Below, in pieces: positions 32,366 through 42,069 of a stretch of 64,000 nt of DNA. The position numbers were made by a program, and so were the translations under genes. Source of the stretch: an uncultured Chitinophagaceae bacterium (GTDB lineage Bacteria > Bacteroidota > Bacteroidia > Chitinophagales > Chitinophagaceae); NCBI GenBank assembly GCA_963811285.1, contig CAWEQV010000014.1, forward strand, positions 92,879-156,878, read 5' to 3'. The notes beneath the pieces were generated by a model, which saw only the letters and a program-made list of their open reading frames with translations, had not been told where the DNA came from and made no database searches. Position 1 is the stretch's first letter. Each line of letters opens with the position of its first letter.

Positions 32366-33550
32366 TTAATTCTGCGTCTTTTTAATTCTGTCAATCGCTT
32401 CATCCAGTTTTTCTTCCGGCGTGCACAAACTAACGCGAACATAATTATTTCCGGCATTTCCAAAAATTCCGCCTGGTGTGATAAATACGTTTGCTTCTTC
32501 TAATACTTTATCACTCAATTCATATCCATCTTTATAATTTGCAGGAATAGAAGCCCAGACAAAAAGGCCAGCCTGGTTTTTATTGTAGGAACAATTTAAA
32601 AGATCAAGCAGATTAAATACTTTCTCACGTCTTTTTTTATAGACTGCATTTACAGAATCATACCAATCCTGGTCAAGTTCCAAAGCCGTTGCGGCAGCGA
32701 GTTGCAGCGGCAAAAACATTCCACTGTCCATATTGCTTTTGAAGCGCAGCACTTCTGCAATTCTTTCTTTTGCACCCGAAAGCATTCCCACGCGCCAGCC
32801 AGCCATGTTATGGCTTTTGCTGAACGAATTCAATTCAATTACAACTTCCATCGCTCCTTCTACACTTAACAAACTCATTGGATGATCATTGAGAATGAAG
32901 CTGTATGGGTTATCGTGAACAACTAATATTTGATGCTTTTTTGCAAAAGAAATTAGTTCCTTAAACATTTCGTTTGTGGGTAACTGTCCGGTTGGCATTT
33001 GCGGATAATTCACAAACATCAGTTTCACTTTCTGCAAATCCAGTTTTTCCAATTCATTAAAATCAGGACACCAGTTATTTTCTTCTTTAAGCGTGTAAGC
33101 ATAAACGTTAGCGCCTGCAATTGTCGCGGCACTTTTATAAGTCGGATAACCGGGATTCGGAATTAAAACCATATCACCGGGATTGATATACGTCATGCAA
33201 ATGTGCATGATACCTTCCTTGCTCCCAATCAAAGGCAAAATTTCTGTATCAGGATTGAGATCAACGTTATACCATTTTTTATACCATTTTGAAATTGCGT
33301 TTCTCAGGACAGGGCTTCCTTTATAGCTCTGATAACCATGTTGATTCGGTTTTTCAGCTTCTTCTGCCAATGTCTTAATCACATCCGGATGAGGCGGAAG
33401 ATCAGGGCTGCCGATTCCGAGGTTTATCACATTTTTCCCTTCCTTATTCATTTGATCAATTTGCCTCAGCTTGGTCGAAAAATAATATTCTTCAATACCT
33501 GAAAGGCGATCAGCTACTTTGCCCATTTTATTGTTCAGTGTATCGTTCAT
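32366..33550 (-). CDS. Class I/II PLP aminotransferase, probably the aromatic-branch transaminase
   Basis: GIGSPD, GSKEG, DNPY, SFSKSHNMAGWRVG. Confidence 0.9.
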   Translation of the reverse strand: MNDTLNNKMGKVADRLSGIEEYYFSTKLRQIDQMNKEGKNVINLGIGSPDLPPHPDVIKTLAEEAEKPNQHGYQSYKGSPVLRNAISKWYKKWYNVDLNPDTEILPLIGSKEGIMHICMTYINPGDMVLIPNPGYPTYKSAATIAGANVYAYTLKEENNWCPDFNELEKLDLQKVKLMFVNYPQMPTGQLPTNEMFKELISFAKKHQILVVHDNPYSFILNDHPMSLLSVEGAMEVVIELNSFSKSHNMAGWRVGMLSGAKERIAEVLRFKSNMDSGMFLPLQLAAATALELDQDWYDSVNAVYKKRREKVFNLLDLLNCSYNKNQAGLFVWASIPANYKDGYELSDKVLEEANVFITPGGIFGNAGNNYVRVSLCTPEEKLDEAIDRIKKTQN

Positions 33551-33569
33551 CGCATTTTTTATTTAAAAA

Positions 33570-34403
33570 TTAACCCGCATTTTTCCCGTTTTTATAAACA
33601 CCATATACTTTAACATTAGCGGTTAAAGGCGCTATACTTTTTAATACCTCATTCAGTTGTTCAAGATGAGTGAATTCACAATCCACATGAAAGGAATAGC
33701 GCCAGTCGCTGCCGGGAATCGGCATTGATTGAAGCTTACTTAAATTTACATCCGCTTCTGAAATTTTTGTCAGCACCTTCGCAAGGCTTCCTTTTGAATG
33801 ATCTGTCTGAAAGATCAAAGAAGCTTTATTGGCATCATTGATTTCTTTTACCGAAGTTTCGTTTTCCAAAACCCAAAAGCGTGTATAATTATTTTTTTGT
33901 GTGTGAATGTTTGGCGCTATAATTTCCAACCCGAAAAGTTCAGCAGCCAGGTCGCCTGCAATCGCGGCAATGTGTTTACTCCTGTGTTGGTGTACATGCT
34001 GAGCGCTAAGCGCAGTATCTTCCGTTTCAATTAACTTCCAATTGTACTTTTCTAAAAAATCAGAACATTGAAGCAATGCCATTGGATGAGAATGAACTTC
34101 GCGAATATCTTCAAGCGTAATGCCGGGGTTAACCATCAAATGCTGGTTTACCTGCAGGTAAATTTCTCCTACAATTTTCAATTTACTTTTTTGCAATAGA
34201 TTGTAATTGGGCAAAATGCTTCCGGCAATTGAATTTTCGATGGCCATAAGGCCACCATCGCTGCTGGTTTTGTCATCGGCAATCTTTATTACTTCACGGA
34301 AAGTGGAGCAACAAATCACTTCCACTTCGTTTCCAAAAAACTGGCGGGCAGCAGCCTGGTGAAAGCTCCCTTCAAAACCCTGTATGGCTATTTTCTTTTG
34401 CAT
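33570..34403 (-). CDS. pheA: Prephenate dehydratase with ACT domain
   Basis: AIENSIAG, SHPMALLQC, NYTRF, NLSKLQSMP. Confidence 0.94.
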   Translation of the reverse strand: MQKKIAIQGFEGSFHQAAARQFFGNEVEVICCSTFREVIKIADDKTSSDGGLMAIENSIAGSILPNYNLLQKSKLKIVGEIYLQVNQHLMVNPGITLEDIREVHSHPMALLQCSDFLEKYNWKLIETEDTALSAQHVHQHRSKHIAAIAGDLAAELFGLEIIAPNIHTQKNNYTRFWVLENETSVKEINDANKASLIFQTDHSKGSLAKVLTKISEADVNLSKLQSMPIPGSDWRYSFHVDCEFTHLEQLNEVLKSIAPLTANVKVYGVYKNGKNAG

Positions 34404-34438
34404 AAAACAAAAATCCCGGCGATTTGTGCCGGGATTTT
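34404..34438 (-). terminator. Attenuator terminator hairpin immediately before the pheA start codon
   Basis: Minus strand AAAATCCCGGC-ACAAATC-GCCGGGATTTT then TGTTTT-ATG. Confidence 0.85.
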
Positions 34439-34463
34439 CTATTGTTAATTTGTTATTTCCGTT

Positions 34464-34541
34464 TTAACAAGCCGATCCCGGACTATTTCTAAAATAGTAG
34501 CTAAAATAAAAGAAGCCGGTATTTGCTTTTCTGATTATCAT
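34464..34541 (-). CDS. Phe/Tyr-rich attenuator leader peptide (25 aa)
   Basis: MIIRKANTGFFYFSYYFRNSPGSAC*; 7 of 8 consecutive codons encode Phe or Tyr; lies between the promoter and the terminator. Confidence 0.85.
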   Translation of the reverse strand: MIIRKANTGFFYFSYYFRNSPGSAC

Positions 34542-34548
34542 TGCATCG

Positions 34549-34556
34549 CAAATGTA
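34549..34556 (-). promoter_or_regulatory. Bacteroidota sigma -7 element of the aromatic operon
   Basis: TACATTTG (TAnnTTTG) ends 7 nt before the leader ATG. Confidence 0.7.
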
Positions 34557-34749
34557 AGTGCTAAATTGAAATCAACAAATTAATTTTTTATTTTTTACCA
34601 AAAAATTTCAAAACAAATGACGCTTTTGGCGAAATTATTCTAATGTATTAAGAACAATTGCAAATACGGTGAAATAAAAATCGGAAGAATTTGTTGTTTT
34701 ACTAACTATTAAAATTTCACATCGAACCTTGGTGTTTCGTAGTCACAAC

Positions 34750-34790
34750 AAAAAACCTCCATGCACCGCTATTAACGGTGGCACAGAGGT
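34750..34790 (-). terminator. Intrinsic terminator after the rubrerythrin gene
   Basis: Minus strand ACCTC...GCCACCG-TTAATAG-CGGTGCA...GAGGT followed by a T run. Confidence 0.55.
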
Positions 34791-34837
34791 AAACACCAAA
34801 CCTTACAGTAAGTATGCCTTGTTTGCAGTTTTGTAGT

Positions 34838-35581
34838 TTATAGGGTTGTTATCTTTATGAACCTGTCTGATTTAGTCATTGAAATTCCGCAACGAGCCGG
34901 AGCTGTGGTTTGATAAGTGTTGCCACAGGTTGAACATACATAGTAAACCGACGGCAGATTATTCGCAGTATTATTCTGCAAAGCTGCCAGCGCTGTTTGG
35001 TACATCACCTGGTGCTTTTTTTCTGTTTTGTAAGCATAATTCAGGCTTATCATTGCCAGCTGATCACCGGCCACGTTAGCTACTTTGAGAAATTCAGGAT
35101 ACATGGTGGTTGCCTCATAAGTTTCTCCTTTAATGGCGTCTTCAAGATTTTCCTTAGTTGATAACACAGTGTATTCAGGTGTTATCGCCGGAACAGAAAC
35201 GCCTGATTCCTGTAAAACTGCTTTGTGATTATTTGCATGAACATTTTCTGCTGTGGAAGCTGCTTTAAAAAGCAAAGCGATTTGATGAAAGCCTTCCTTT
35301 TCTGCTTTTTGAGCGTAGGCTGCATATTTGGCACTCGCGGTTGTTTCACCTTTAAAGGCTGCCTGCAAATTCTCAATGGTTTTGGATTTTGCATCTGCAT
35401 TTGTCATGCTCACCGTCTTTGCGATGGGATTTGTTTCTTCGTTTTCCTGTTGATTAGCAATGGCAGTATTTATTGCTTTTGGTGATTTAAGTGAAGTGTC
35501 GGCATCATTGCTTTTGCATGAAACCATAAATAAGCTGCCTGTTGCTAACAATAGTGCCGGAATAATTAATGTCTTTTTCAT
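34838..35581 (-). CDS. Lipoprotein rubrerythrin-like di-iron protein with a variant rubredoxin-like C-terminus
   Basis: Lipobox LFMVSC; GETTASAKY, ENVHA, GETYEATTMY, EKKH di-iron motifs; C-terminal CSTC-x11-CGIS. Confidence 0.85.
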   Translation of the reverse strand: MKKTLIIPALLLATGSLFMVSCKSNDADTSLKSPKAINTAIANQQENEETNPIAKTVSMTNADAKSKTIENLQAAFKGETTASAKYAAYAQKAEKEGFHQIALLFKAASTAENVHANNHKAVLQESGVSVPAITPEYTVLSTKENLEDAIKGETYEATTMYPEFLKVANVAGDQLAMISLNYAYKTEKKHQVMYQTALAALQNNTANNLPSVYYVCSTCGNTYQTTAPARCGISMTKSDRFIKITTL

Positions 35582-35659
35582 TCTTATTTGTTTTTATTTT
35601 TTTGATAAATTGATATAGCAAAGGTGCCCCTGCCTTCATTCAGGGTTTCTTTGTACATG

Positions 35660-35676
35660 CTTAAGATCAGCTTAAG
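35660..35676. promoter_or_regulatory. OmpR/PmrA-type tandem box CTTAAG-N5-CTTAAG upstream of the rubrerythrin gene
   Basis: CTTAAGATCAGCTTAAG, overlapping the kinase stop codon; starts 34 nt from the CACCTTTG -7-like element (35619-35626). Confidence 0.75.
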
Positions 35677-37045
35677 ATTTTTCAGGAAATTGTAGCAGGA
35701 AGGTGGTAATACCATCGCCGCTTTTCACGGTAATAGCAATGCGCTGCAAATCGCATAATTGCTTTACAATCGCCAACCCCAAACCACTTCCGGGAATGTG
35801 GGAACTGCGTGAATTGTCTGTGCGGTAAAACCGGTTGAAGAGAAAAGGTATTTGTTCTGCGGCGATCGCCGGGCCTTCATTGGAGATAGAAAATATTTTC
35901 TTGCTTTCGTTCCAGTCACAGGTTATCTTACTATCGATTACACCATATTTAATGGCGTTGCTAATAAGGTTATCGGTCACGATTGACATCAGGAAATAAT
36001 CGGCATATACACAACTGCTTGGTGGGAAGGCAATATTTAATTGGATGCCTTTTTCAGTCATTTGCTTTTCCCATTTTTTTGCCGTTTCATTCACGAGCAG
36101 GCGAAGAGAAACGATTTCCTTTTTTTCCGACCCCGATTCCATGCGTGCCAGTTGCAGTAACTGTTCCAGTAAAAGATTCAACCTATCCGTTTGCGCGATC
36201 GCATCCCGGATTTTTTCCTCGTATTGTTCAGGTTCTCTCTTTTTTCTTAGTAAAATTTCCAGTGTCCCTCTTATGGCAGCAAGTGGCGTTCTTATTTCGT
36301 GCGACGCATCGGCAGTAAATTGTTTTTGTTGCTTAATACTGTTTTCTATGCGGTTAAGCAATTCATTGATCGTGGTGGCCAGTTGAAATATTTCATCTTC
36401 ATTTGCGGGTAAGGGTAACCGTGTGTTGATGTTGGAATCTGTTATGCCTGACGCTGTTCGTATCAGGTGTTGCACCGGAGCAATAGCTCTTGAGGCAGAA
36501 AGGTAGATAACAACGTACATCACCAGCAACACAATGGGAAATATAATACAAAGGGTAAGGAGCAAATTGTTTAAAACATAGTAAGATTCCTGCTGAGAGA
36601 TTCCAATGTTTAAATAGCCGATGATTTTTCCATGGTCGTTCTTAATAGGAAATTGCCCGATCCTTAATCTTTGGTCACCAATCTTCGTGTTGTAAAAATT
36701 TTGTTGTTTATTATTTGGTTTGTATAGAAAGTGGTTCGCCTGCAGGTTCGCGGATTTAAAAACGAGTTTTTCTTCACTGTCAACGATTTGAATAAAGGTT
36801 GGATTTACTTCTACTTTCCTGTGTTCAGACTCTTCCCACTCGGACATCTTATTAACGATAATACTGTCGTCATTCCAATCCAGCGAATTAATAATCTCCG
36901 TCTTCTCCTGGGTAATATCGCCATCGAGATGGCGGAAAGAACTGAATCGGGCAACGGCATAGATAACCGTGAACACAATAGCTGTGGTGATGGCGACTGC
37001 CAGCGTATTAAAAAGAGCGATACGTTTTTTAAAACTAAGTTTCAT
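35672..37045 (-). CDS. Membrane sensor histidine kinase (HAMP-HisKA-HATPase)
   Basis: Two TM helices, FTADASHEIRTPL, NLISNAIKY, RFYR, GSGLGL. Confidence 0.94.
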   Translation of the reverse strand: MKLSFKKRIALFNTLAVAITTAIVFTVIYAVARFSSFRHLDGDITQEKTEIINSLDWNDDSIIVNKMSEWEESEHRKVEVNPTFIQIVDSEEKLVFKSANLQANHFLYKPNNKQQNFYNTKIGDQRLRIGQFPIKNDHGKIIGYLNIGISQQESYYVLNNLLLTLCIIFPIVLLVMYVVIYLSASRAIAPVQHLIRTASGITDSNINTRLPLPANEDEIFQLATTINELLNRIENSIKQQKQFTADASHEIRTPLAAIRGTLEILLRKKREPEQYEEKIRDAIAQTDRLNLLLEQLLQLARMESGSEKKEIVSLRLLVNETAKKWEKQMTEKGIQLNIAFPPSSCVYADYFLMSIVTDNLISNAIKYGVIDSKITCDWNESKKIFSISNEGPAIAAEQIPFLFNRFYRTDNSRSSHIPGSGLGLAIVKQLCDLQRIAITVKSGDGITTFLLQFPEKS

Positions 37046-37720
37046 TAATTGTCATTTACCCGGTAACCTACTCCCCGTATGGTTTGAACGAAAGATTCCT
37101 TGCCGGGACTGTCCAGTTTTTTGCGGAGAGAATTAATAAAAACATCGATTACAGAAGTGTCTTTATCAAAATGAATATCCCAGATTTTTTCGATGATACG
37201 GGTGCGCCTGCATACTTTACCCTTATTACGTAAAAGGTATTCGAGTAAGGCAAATTCTTTTTGAGTCAGTTCTACAGGCAGTCCTTCTTTGGTGACCTGG
37301 TGTGCTTCCGTATCGAGACTAATTTCATCCTTCTCAAAGATATTTTGTGCTCCCTCTTTGTTGCGCAGCAGCACCCTGATACGAGCCAGCAATTCTTCGA
37401 AAGCGAAGGGTTTTTTCAGGTAATCGTTCGCACCGGATTCCAAGTGCGAAAACAGTATCATCCACTGTATCTTTTGCAGTTAAAAATATAATCGGTACTG
37501 TTTTATTTTCCTTGCGGATACTTCTGCATATTTCAATGCCACTGATCCCGGGTAACATCCAGTCGAGTAAATAAAGATCATATTCATCGATATAGTCAAG
37601 CGCCATTTCCAAAGCCTGCCGGCCGTTACCGGCCACATCTACTGCAAATCCTTCCTCTTCAAGTCCTTCCTTTATGAAGCCCGCAATAGCTGATTCATCC
37701 TCTGCTATTAAAATTCTCAT
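37045..37720 (-). CDS. OmpR-family response regulator; frameshift near 37450
   Basis: ILIAEDE, LLDWMLPG, FLTAK, GANDYLKKPF, winged helix ELTQKEFALLEYL...VIDVFINSLRKKL...TIRGVGY. Confidence 0.92.
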
Positions 37721-37756
37721 TGTGTTAAATTAGCACAAAAGACGAAGATAATCCGT

Positions 37757-38236
37757 TTATTTTTCTTCCGTGCCTGTGCTGCTATTTGAGAAATCCGGCA
37801 ATGCCAGTTGAACACCCGCGCCGTGTTTGTACACCAACTGTCCTCCTAAATACCCGGTACGTGCAATGCCGCCAATTACAGCAGCAAAAAGAAGAACACT
37901 GACAATTTTTACCCAACGTTGCCTGTATTTAAAAATAAAGATGGTCAGATACAATACGGCAGTGATGATAGTAAGCCACAGGGTAATTGTTGCAGCTTGT
38001 TCGTGGAGTTCCATTACGTCTTTCAGCGGGCCTTCTTCAATGCCTTCACCTGCGGCATTGCCGCTGAGATAGGAGGCTATGGTGCCCAACGAACCTAAAA
38101 TAAGGAGGTAAAATCCGCCTCTTTTGAAGAATTCCTTTTTTGAAAATAATGAAATCACTTCTGAAAGAAACCCTACAATGAGGAGGGCAATCGGGAAGTG
38201 AATAAACATAGCGTGGAGATGGGTTGCAGTAAACAT
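37757..38236 (-). CDS. DUF2231-family membrane protein
   Basis: HLHAMFIHFPIALL, MELHEQAA, GYLGGQLVYKHGAGV; about 4 TM helices. Confidence 0.85.
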   Translation of the reverse strand: MFTATHLHAMFIHFPIALLIVGFLSEVISLFSKKEFFKRGGFYLLILGSLGTIASYLSGNAAGEGIEEGPLKDVMELHEQAATITLWLTIITAVLYLTIFIFKYRQRWVKIVSVLLFAAVIGGIARTGYLGGQLVYKHGAGVQLALPDFSNSSTGTEEK

Positions 38237-38291
38237 GATTTTTTTTTCATCAAAGGTGAGATGGTAAGAGTTTAAAACAGGTTAGTGCATT

Positions 38292-38308
38292 CTTAAGATC
38301 AGCTTAAG
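38292..38308. promoter_or_regulatory. Second identical CTTAAGATCAGCTTAAG box upstream of the DUF2231 gene
   Basis: 17/17 identical to 35660-35676 and again 34 nt from a CACCTTTG element (38251-38258). Confidence 0.75.
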
Positions 38309-38674
38309 AAATCGAATTAAAGTCTTTCTTCTTTGCAGTTTTCTTATTTGTCACTTTACCTTAACAGGAAATTGTTTGCAACTGCTGCAAAGAAGGACTG
38401 GAAGAAACAAAATAAAAATCTGAAGAATTTATTAGTTTACTGAAATAGTTATGATTCCGGAAGGCTTGCTAAAAAACAATTACCGCGGGCGCCAATTAAA
38501 TAGACTATCTTTAAATGCTTTCAGATCCCCAGGGTAAGTTCCTTCTTTTATTTCTCTGATTACAAACCGCCTTTATCTCTGCTGTTTAGCAATTGCAAAA
38601 ATCCGTACGTATGCTTAATGTGAGAGTATGACTTGAATGATTTTATTAGTAATATAATTTATAATACAAACCCT

Positions 38675-39887
38675 ATGTCAACAACTATCGTTACAACAAA
38701 AATTCTTTTTCTAAGTACCTATCCTCCAAAAAAATGTGGTATTGCCAGCTTTACCAATGACCTGATAAATGCAATCAACCAGGAAATTTCAGGAGAGACA
38801 GCGATAAGCATTTGTGCGTTGGAAAAAAAACTCAACAGGGAACTGTATGAAGATAAAGTATGCTTATTTATGGACAGTTTCCAATTGATTCCTGCATGGA
38901 AACTGCCATGCAATCAACAACGATCCGCTGATAAAACTCATTTGCATTGAGCATGAATTTGGCTTATATGGCGGAGAATCGGGAGATTACCTGCTCGGGT
39001 TTTTATCATTAATCGAAAAGCCGTTTATCGTCCGTTTCCACACCGTAATTCCTCCACCTACAGCGAAAATGTTGAGAGTAGTACAATCAATCGCATTGCT
39101 TGCCGATAAGCTGATAGTTATGACGGAAAATTCAGCCAGTATATTGAAAGAAGATTATAAACTGGATGCTGATAAACTTAGGATAATTCCCCATGGAACT
39201 CATGCATTCAGCACGATTAATGTGAATCAATTAAAATCCAAATACCATCTTGAAAACAGAAAGGTGCTTACGACTTTCGGTTTATTAAGCCCAAATAAAG
39301 GCATTGAGAAAGGTATTTTGGCAATGAAGGAAATAAGCAAAACCCTGCCTGATTCTATCTATCTCGTGATAGGACAAACGCATCCTAATTTGATAGAAAA
39401 AGAGGGAGAAAGTTATAGGGATTATCTGAAACAATTGATTGCCGATAACGGGTTGCAGGAAAACGTACAATTAATTAATGAATACGTGCCAACGCACAAC
39501 CTGATGGAATACCTGGCCTTAACCGATGTTTACCTTTTCACTTCCAAAGACCCTCACCAGGCGGTGAGCGGTACTTTTCTTTATGCAATGGGTTCCGGTT
39601 GTCCTATTATTTCTAACTCATTTGTATTAGCCAAGGAAATGCTGGACGATAGCAGTGGTGTGATTCTCAAAACAAATAGTCCCGACGAACTTGCTGAAAA
39701 TGCAATAAATATTTTACAAAATCACGGATTGCAACAGGAAATGAGTGCCAATGCACGGGCCAAAACAAGAAATACTACCTGGGAGAAGGTAGGTAAGAAA
39801 CATGTACAATTATTCAGTAGCATTTTAGGAATGAATTTGTCACCAATGGATGCGTCACCCCAATACGATATTCAAAACAGCCTTTAA
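38675..39887 (+). CDS. GT4-family glycosyltransferase; frameshift near 38890
   Basis: STYPPKKCGIASFT, HEFGLYGG, TFGLLSPNKGIE, VSGTFLYAMG. Confidence 0.85.
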
Positions 39888-39895
39888 AAAAAATT

Positions 39896-40981
39896 ATGTC
39901 AACAGCCCAATTAACAAAACCTGTATCAAGAGTCAATTTTGATAAAGGTAAAATGCCTGCAATTAATTTTGCGCATATCCGGAATTTAACTGATGATACT
40001 GGTATCATTCAGCATGCCATTTTTAGCATTCCCAACAGGAAAGAAGGTTATTGCATAGATGATAATTCGCGTGCTTTATTATTATCTGTGTTTGCTCTTA
40101 AAGCGGATCTGCCAAAAGCAGATTTACCCAACCTACTGGTTTACCTGAGCTATGTTCATTACATGCAAACAAAAAGCGGCGAGTTTAAAAATTTTATGGA
40201 TTACACCAAGGTTGCCATTGAGGATCGGGGTTCAGAAGATTCATTTGGAAGAACGATTATGGCACTTGGCTTTCTTATTAATGAGGGGCCTACAAGTTTA
40301 TTGGTAAAAACAGGAATCGGTATTTTTAATAAAGCACTACCACATATTGATACACTGGTTTCTATCCGTGGTATTGCTGATTCTATTGTCGGCGTTTGCC
40401 AGTTTGTTAAGTTTAATTATCCTGATGACACGAAAACCAATCTTGTCGCAATGCTTGCCAATAAGATGATGCAGATGTATAAAGAAAATAAAAGACAGAA
40501 CTGGCATTGGTTTGAACCGATACTAACTTACGATAACGCTATATTACCACTTGCTTTATTAAACGCTTATGAAATTACGGGTAACGAGGATTATTTATCT
40601 GTTGGTTTGGAATCTATGCTTTTTTTAGAATCGAAAGTTTTTCATGATAATATAGTCAGCCCGATAGGAAATGACGGATGGTTTCCACGGCGTGGATTGG
40701 CTGCCAGGTTTGATCAGCAAGGAATTGATATAATGGCTATGGTATTAATGTATCAACAGGCTTTTCGCTTAACACGCGATACGAAATATCAAACGAGTAT
40801 GTATCGAAGCTTCCAATGGTTTCTCGGTAAAAATGACCTTGGCGTTCCATTATATGATCCGTCAACGGGAGGTTGTGCCGACGGTTTGCATAGCGAGGGA
40901 ATTAACCAAAACCAGGGAGCAGAAAGCACCATCGCTTATTGGATTTCACACCTTATTGTATCCGAAACGCTGAAAAAATGA
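39896..40981 (+). CDS. (alpha/alpha)6-barrel glycosidase-like protein, usually the C-terminal partner of the GT4
   Basis: LTDDTGIIQHA, GYCIDDNSRALL, SEDSFGR, WFEPILTYDNA, FDQQ, GGCADGL, NQGAESTIAY. Confidence 0.75.
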   Translation: MSTAQLTKPVSRVNFDKGKMPAINFAHIRNLTDDTGIIQHAIFSIPNRKEGYCIDDNSRALLLSVFALKADLPKADLPNLLVYLSYVHYMQTKSGEFKNFMDYTKVAIEDRGSEDSFGRTIMALGFLINEGPTSLLVKTGIGIFNKALPHIDTLVSIRGIADSIVGVCQFVKFNYPDDTKTNLVAMLANKMMQMYKENKRQNWHWFEPILTYDNAILPLALLNAYEITGNEDYLSVGLESMLFLESKVFHDNIVSPIGNDGWFPRRGLAARFDQQGIDIMAMVLMYQQAFRLTRDTKYQTSMYRSFQWFLGKNDLGVPLYDPSTGGCADGLHSEGINQNQGAESTIAYWISHLIVSETLKK

Positions 40982-42069
40982 AAGTTGCTATTTTATCCCC
41001 GGTAACCTGGAGAACGCCACCACGAAACTATGGACCATGGGAACAAGTGGCTTCTGTACTTGCTGAAGCGCTTGTAAAAGAGGGAATAGAAGTTACGTTG
41101 TTTGCCACTGGTGATTCAATTACCAGTGCAACCCTTGATGCTGTTATTGATAAACCAACCGGTGAATATCCCGCTGACGCAAAAGTTGCCGAATGCCTGC
41201 ACATAGCTAATTTGATGGAAAAAGCTTCTTCATTTGATATCATCCATAACAATTTTGATTTTCTGCCGCTCACTTATAGCAAGTTGATAAACACTCCCGT
41301 GATAACCACGATACACGGTTTTTCATCAGAGCTGATAGTGCCTGTATATAAAAAGTACAATGAGCATTGTTATTATGTTTCTATCAGTAACAGTGACCGG
41401 CATACGGAGCTTACTTATCTTGATACAGTGTATAACGGATTAAACGAGCAACAGTTTTCATTTGGTGCAGGGGAAGGAGATTATCTCTTATATTTTGGAA
41501 GAATACATCCGCACAAAGGTGCTGCTGAGGCCATACAAATAGCATTGCATTCAAAGAAAAAATTGATTATTTGCGGCCTTATCCAGGACCAGCAATATTT
41601 TGACGAGAAGATTTTACCCTTTATTAATTCAACTTCCATTGTTTATTTCGGCAATGCCGGCCCGCAGCAGCGAAATGAATTGTTAGGCAATGCATCAGCT
41701 CTTTTACATCCGATAAGTTTTGAGGAACCCTTTGGCTTAAGCGTTGCAGAAGCTATAATGTGTGGCACACCGGTGATTGCATTCAACCGTGGCGCTATGA
41801 AAGAATTAATTGTTGATTCAAAAACAGGCTTTTTAGTTGACAATATTGGCGAGGCTGTTGATGCTGTGAGCAACATTAAAAACATAGACAGAAACGCTTG
41901 TCGTAAACATGCCTTGAAAAACTTTGGCAGTCGCCAGATGGCACTCCACTATATTAAATTGTATCATAAAATTATTGATAATGCGGCTGCCAAGGCACGT
42001 GGTTATTCTATTTCGAGTATCTCGTCTAGTAAATCCTTTAATGGAAGCGTAGCAAAAGAAGAAGCATAA
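40978..42069 (+). CDS. GT4-family glycosyltransferase
   Basis: WRTPPRNYGPWEQV, FGRIHPHKG, EEPFGLSVAEAIMCGTPV; ATGA overlap with the upstream gene. Confidence 0.9.
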   Translation: MKVAILSPVTWRTPPRNYGPWEQVASVLAEALVKEGIEVTLFATGDSITSATLDAVIDKPTGEYPADAKVAECLHIANLMEKASSFDIIHNNFDFLPLTYSKLINTPVITTIHGFSSELIVPVYKKYNEHCYYVSISNSDRHTELTYLDTVYNGLNEQQFSFGAGEGDYLLYFGRIHPHKGAAEAIQIALHSKKKLIICGLIQDQQYFDEKILPFINSTSIVYFGNAGPQQRNELLGNASALLHPISFEEPFGLSVAEAIMCGTPVIAFNRGAMKELIVDSKTGFLVDNIGEAVDAVSNIKNIDRNACRKHALKNFGSRQMALHYIKLYHKIIDNAAAKARGYSISSISSSKSFNGSVAKEEA

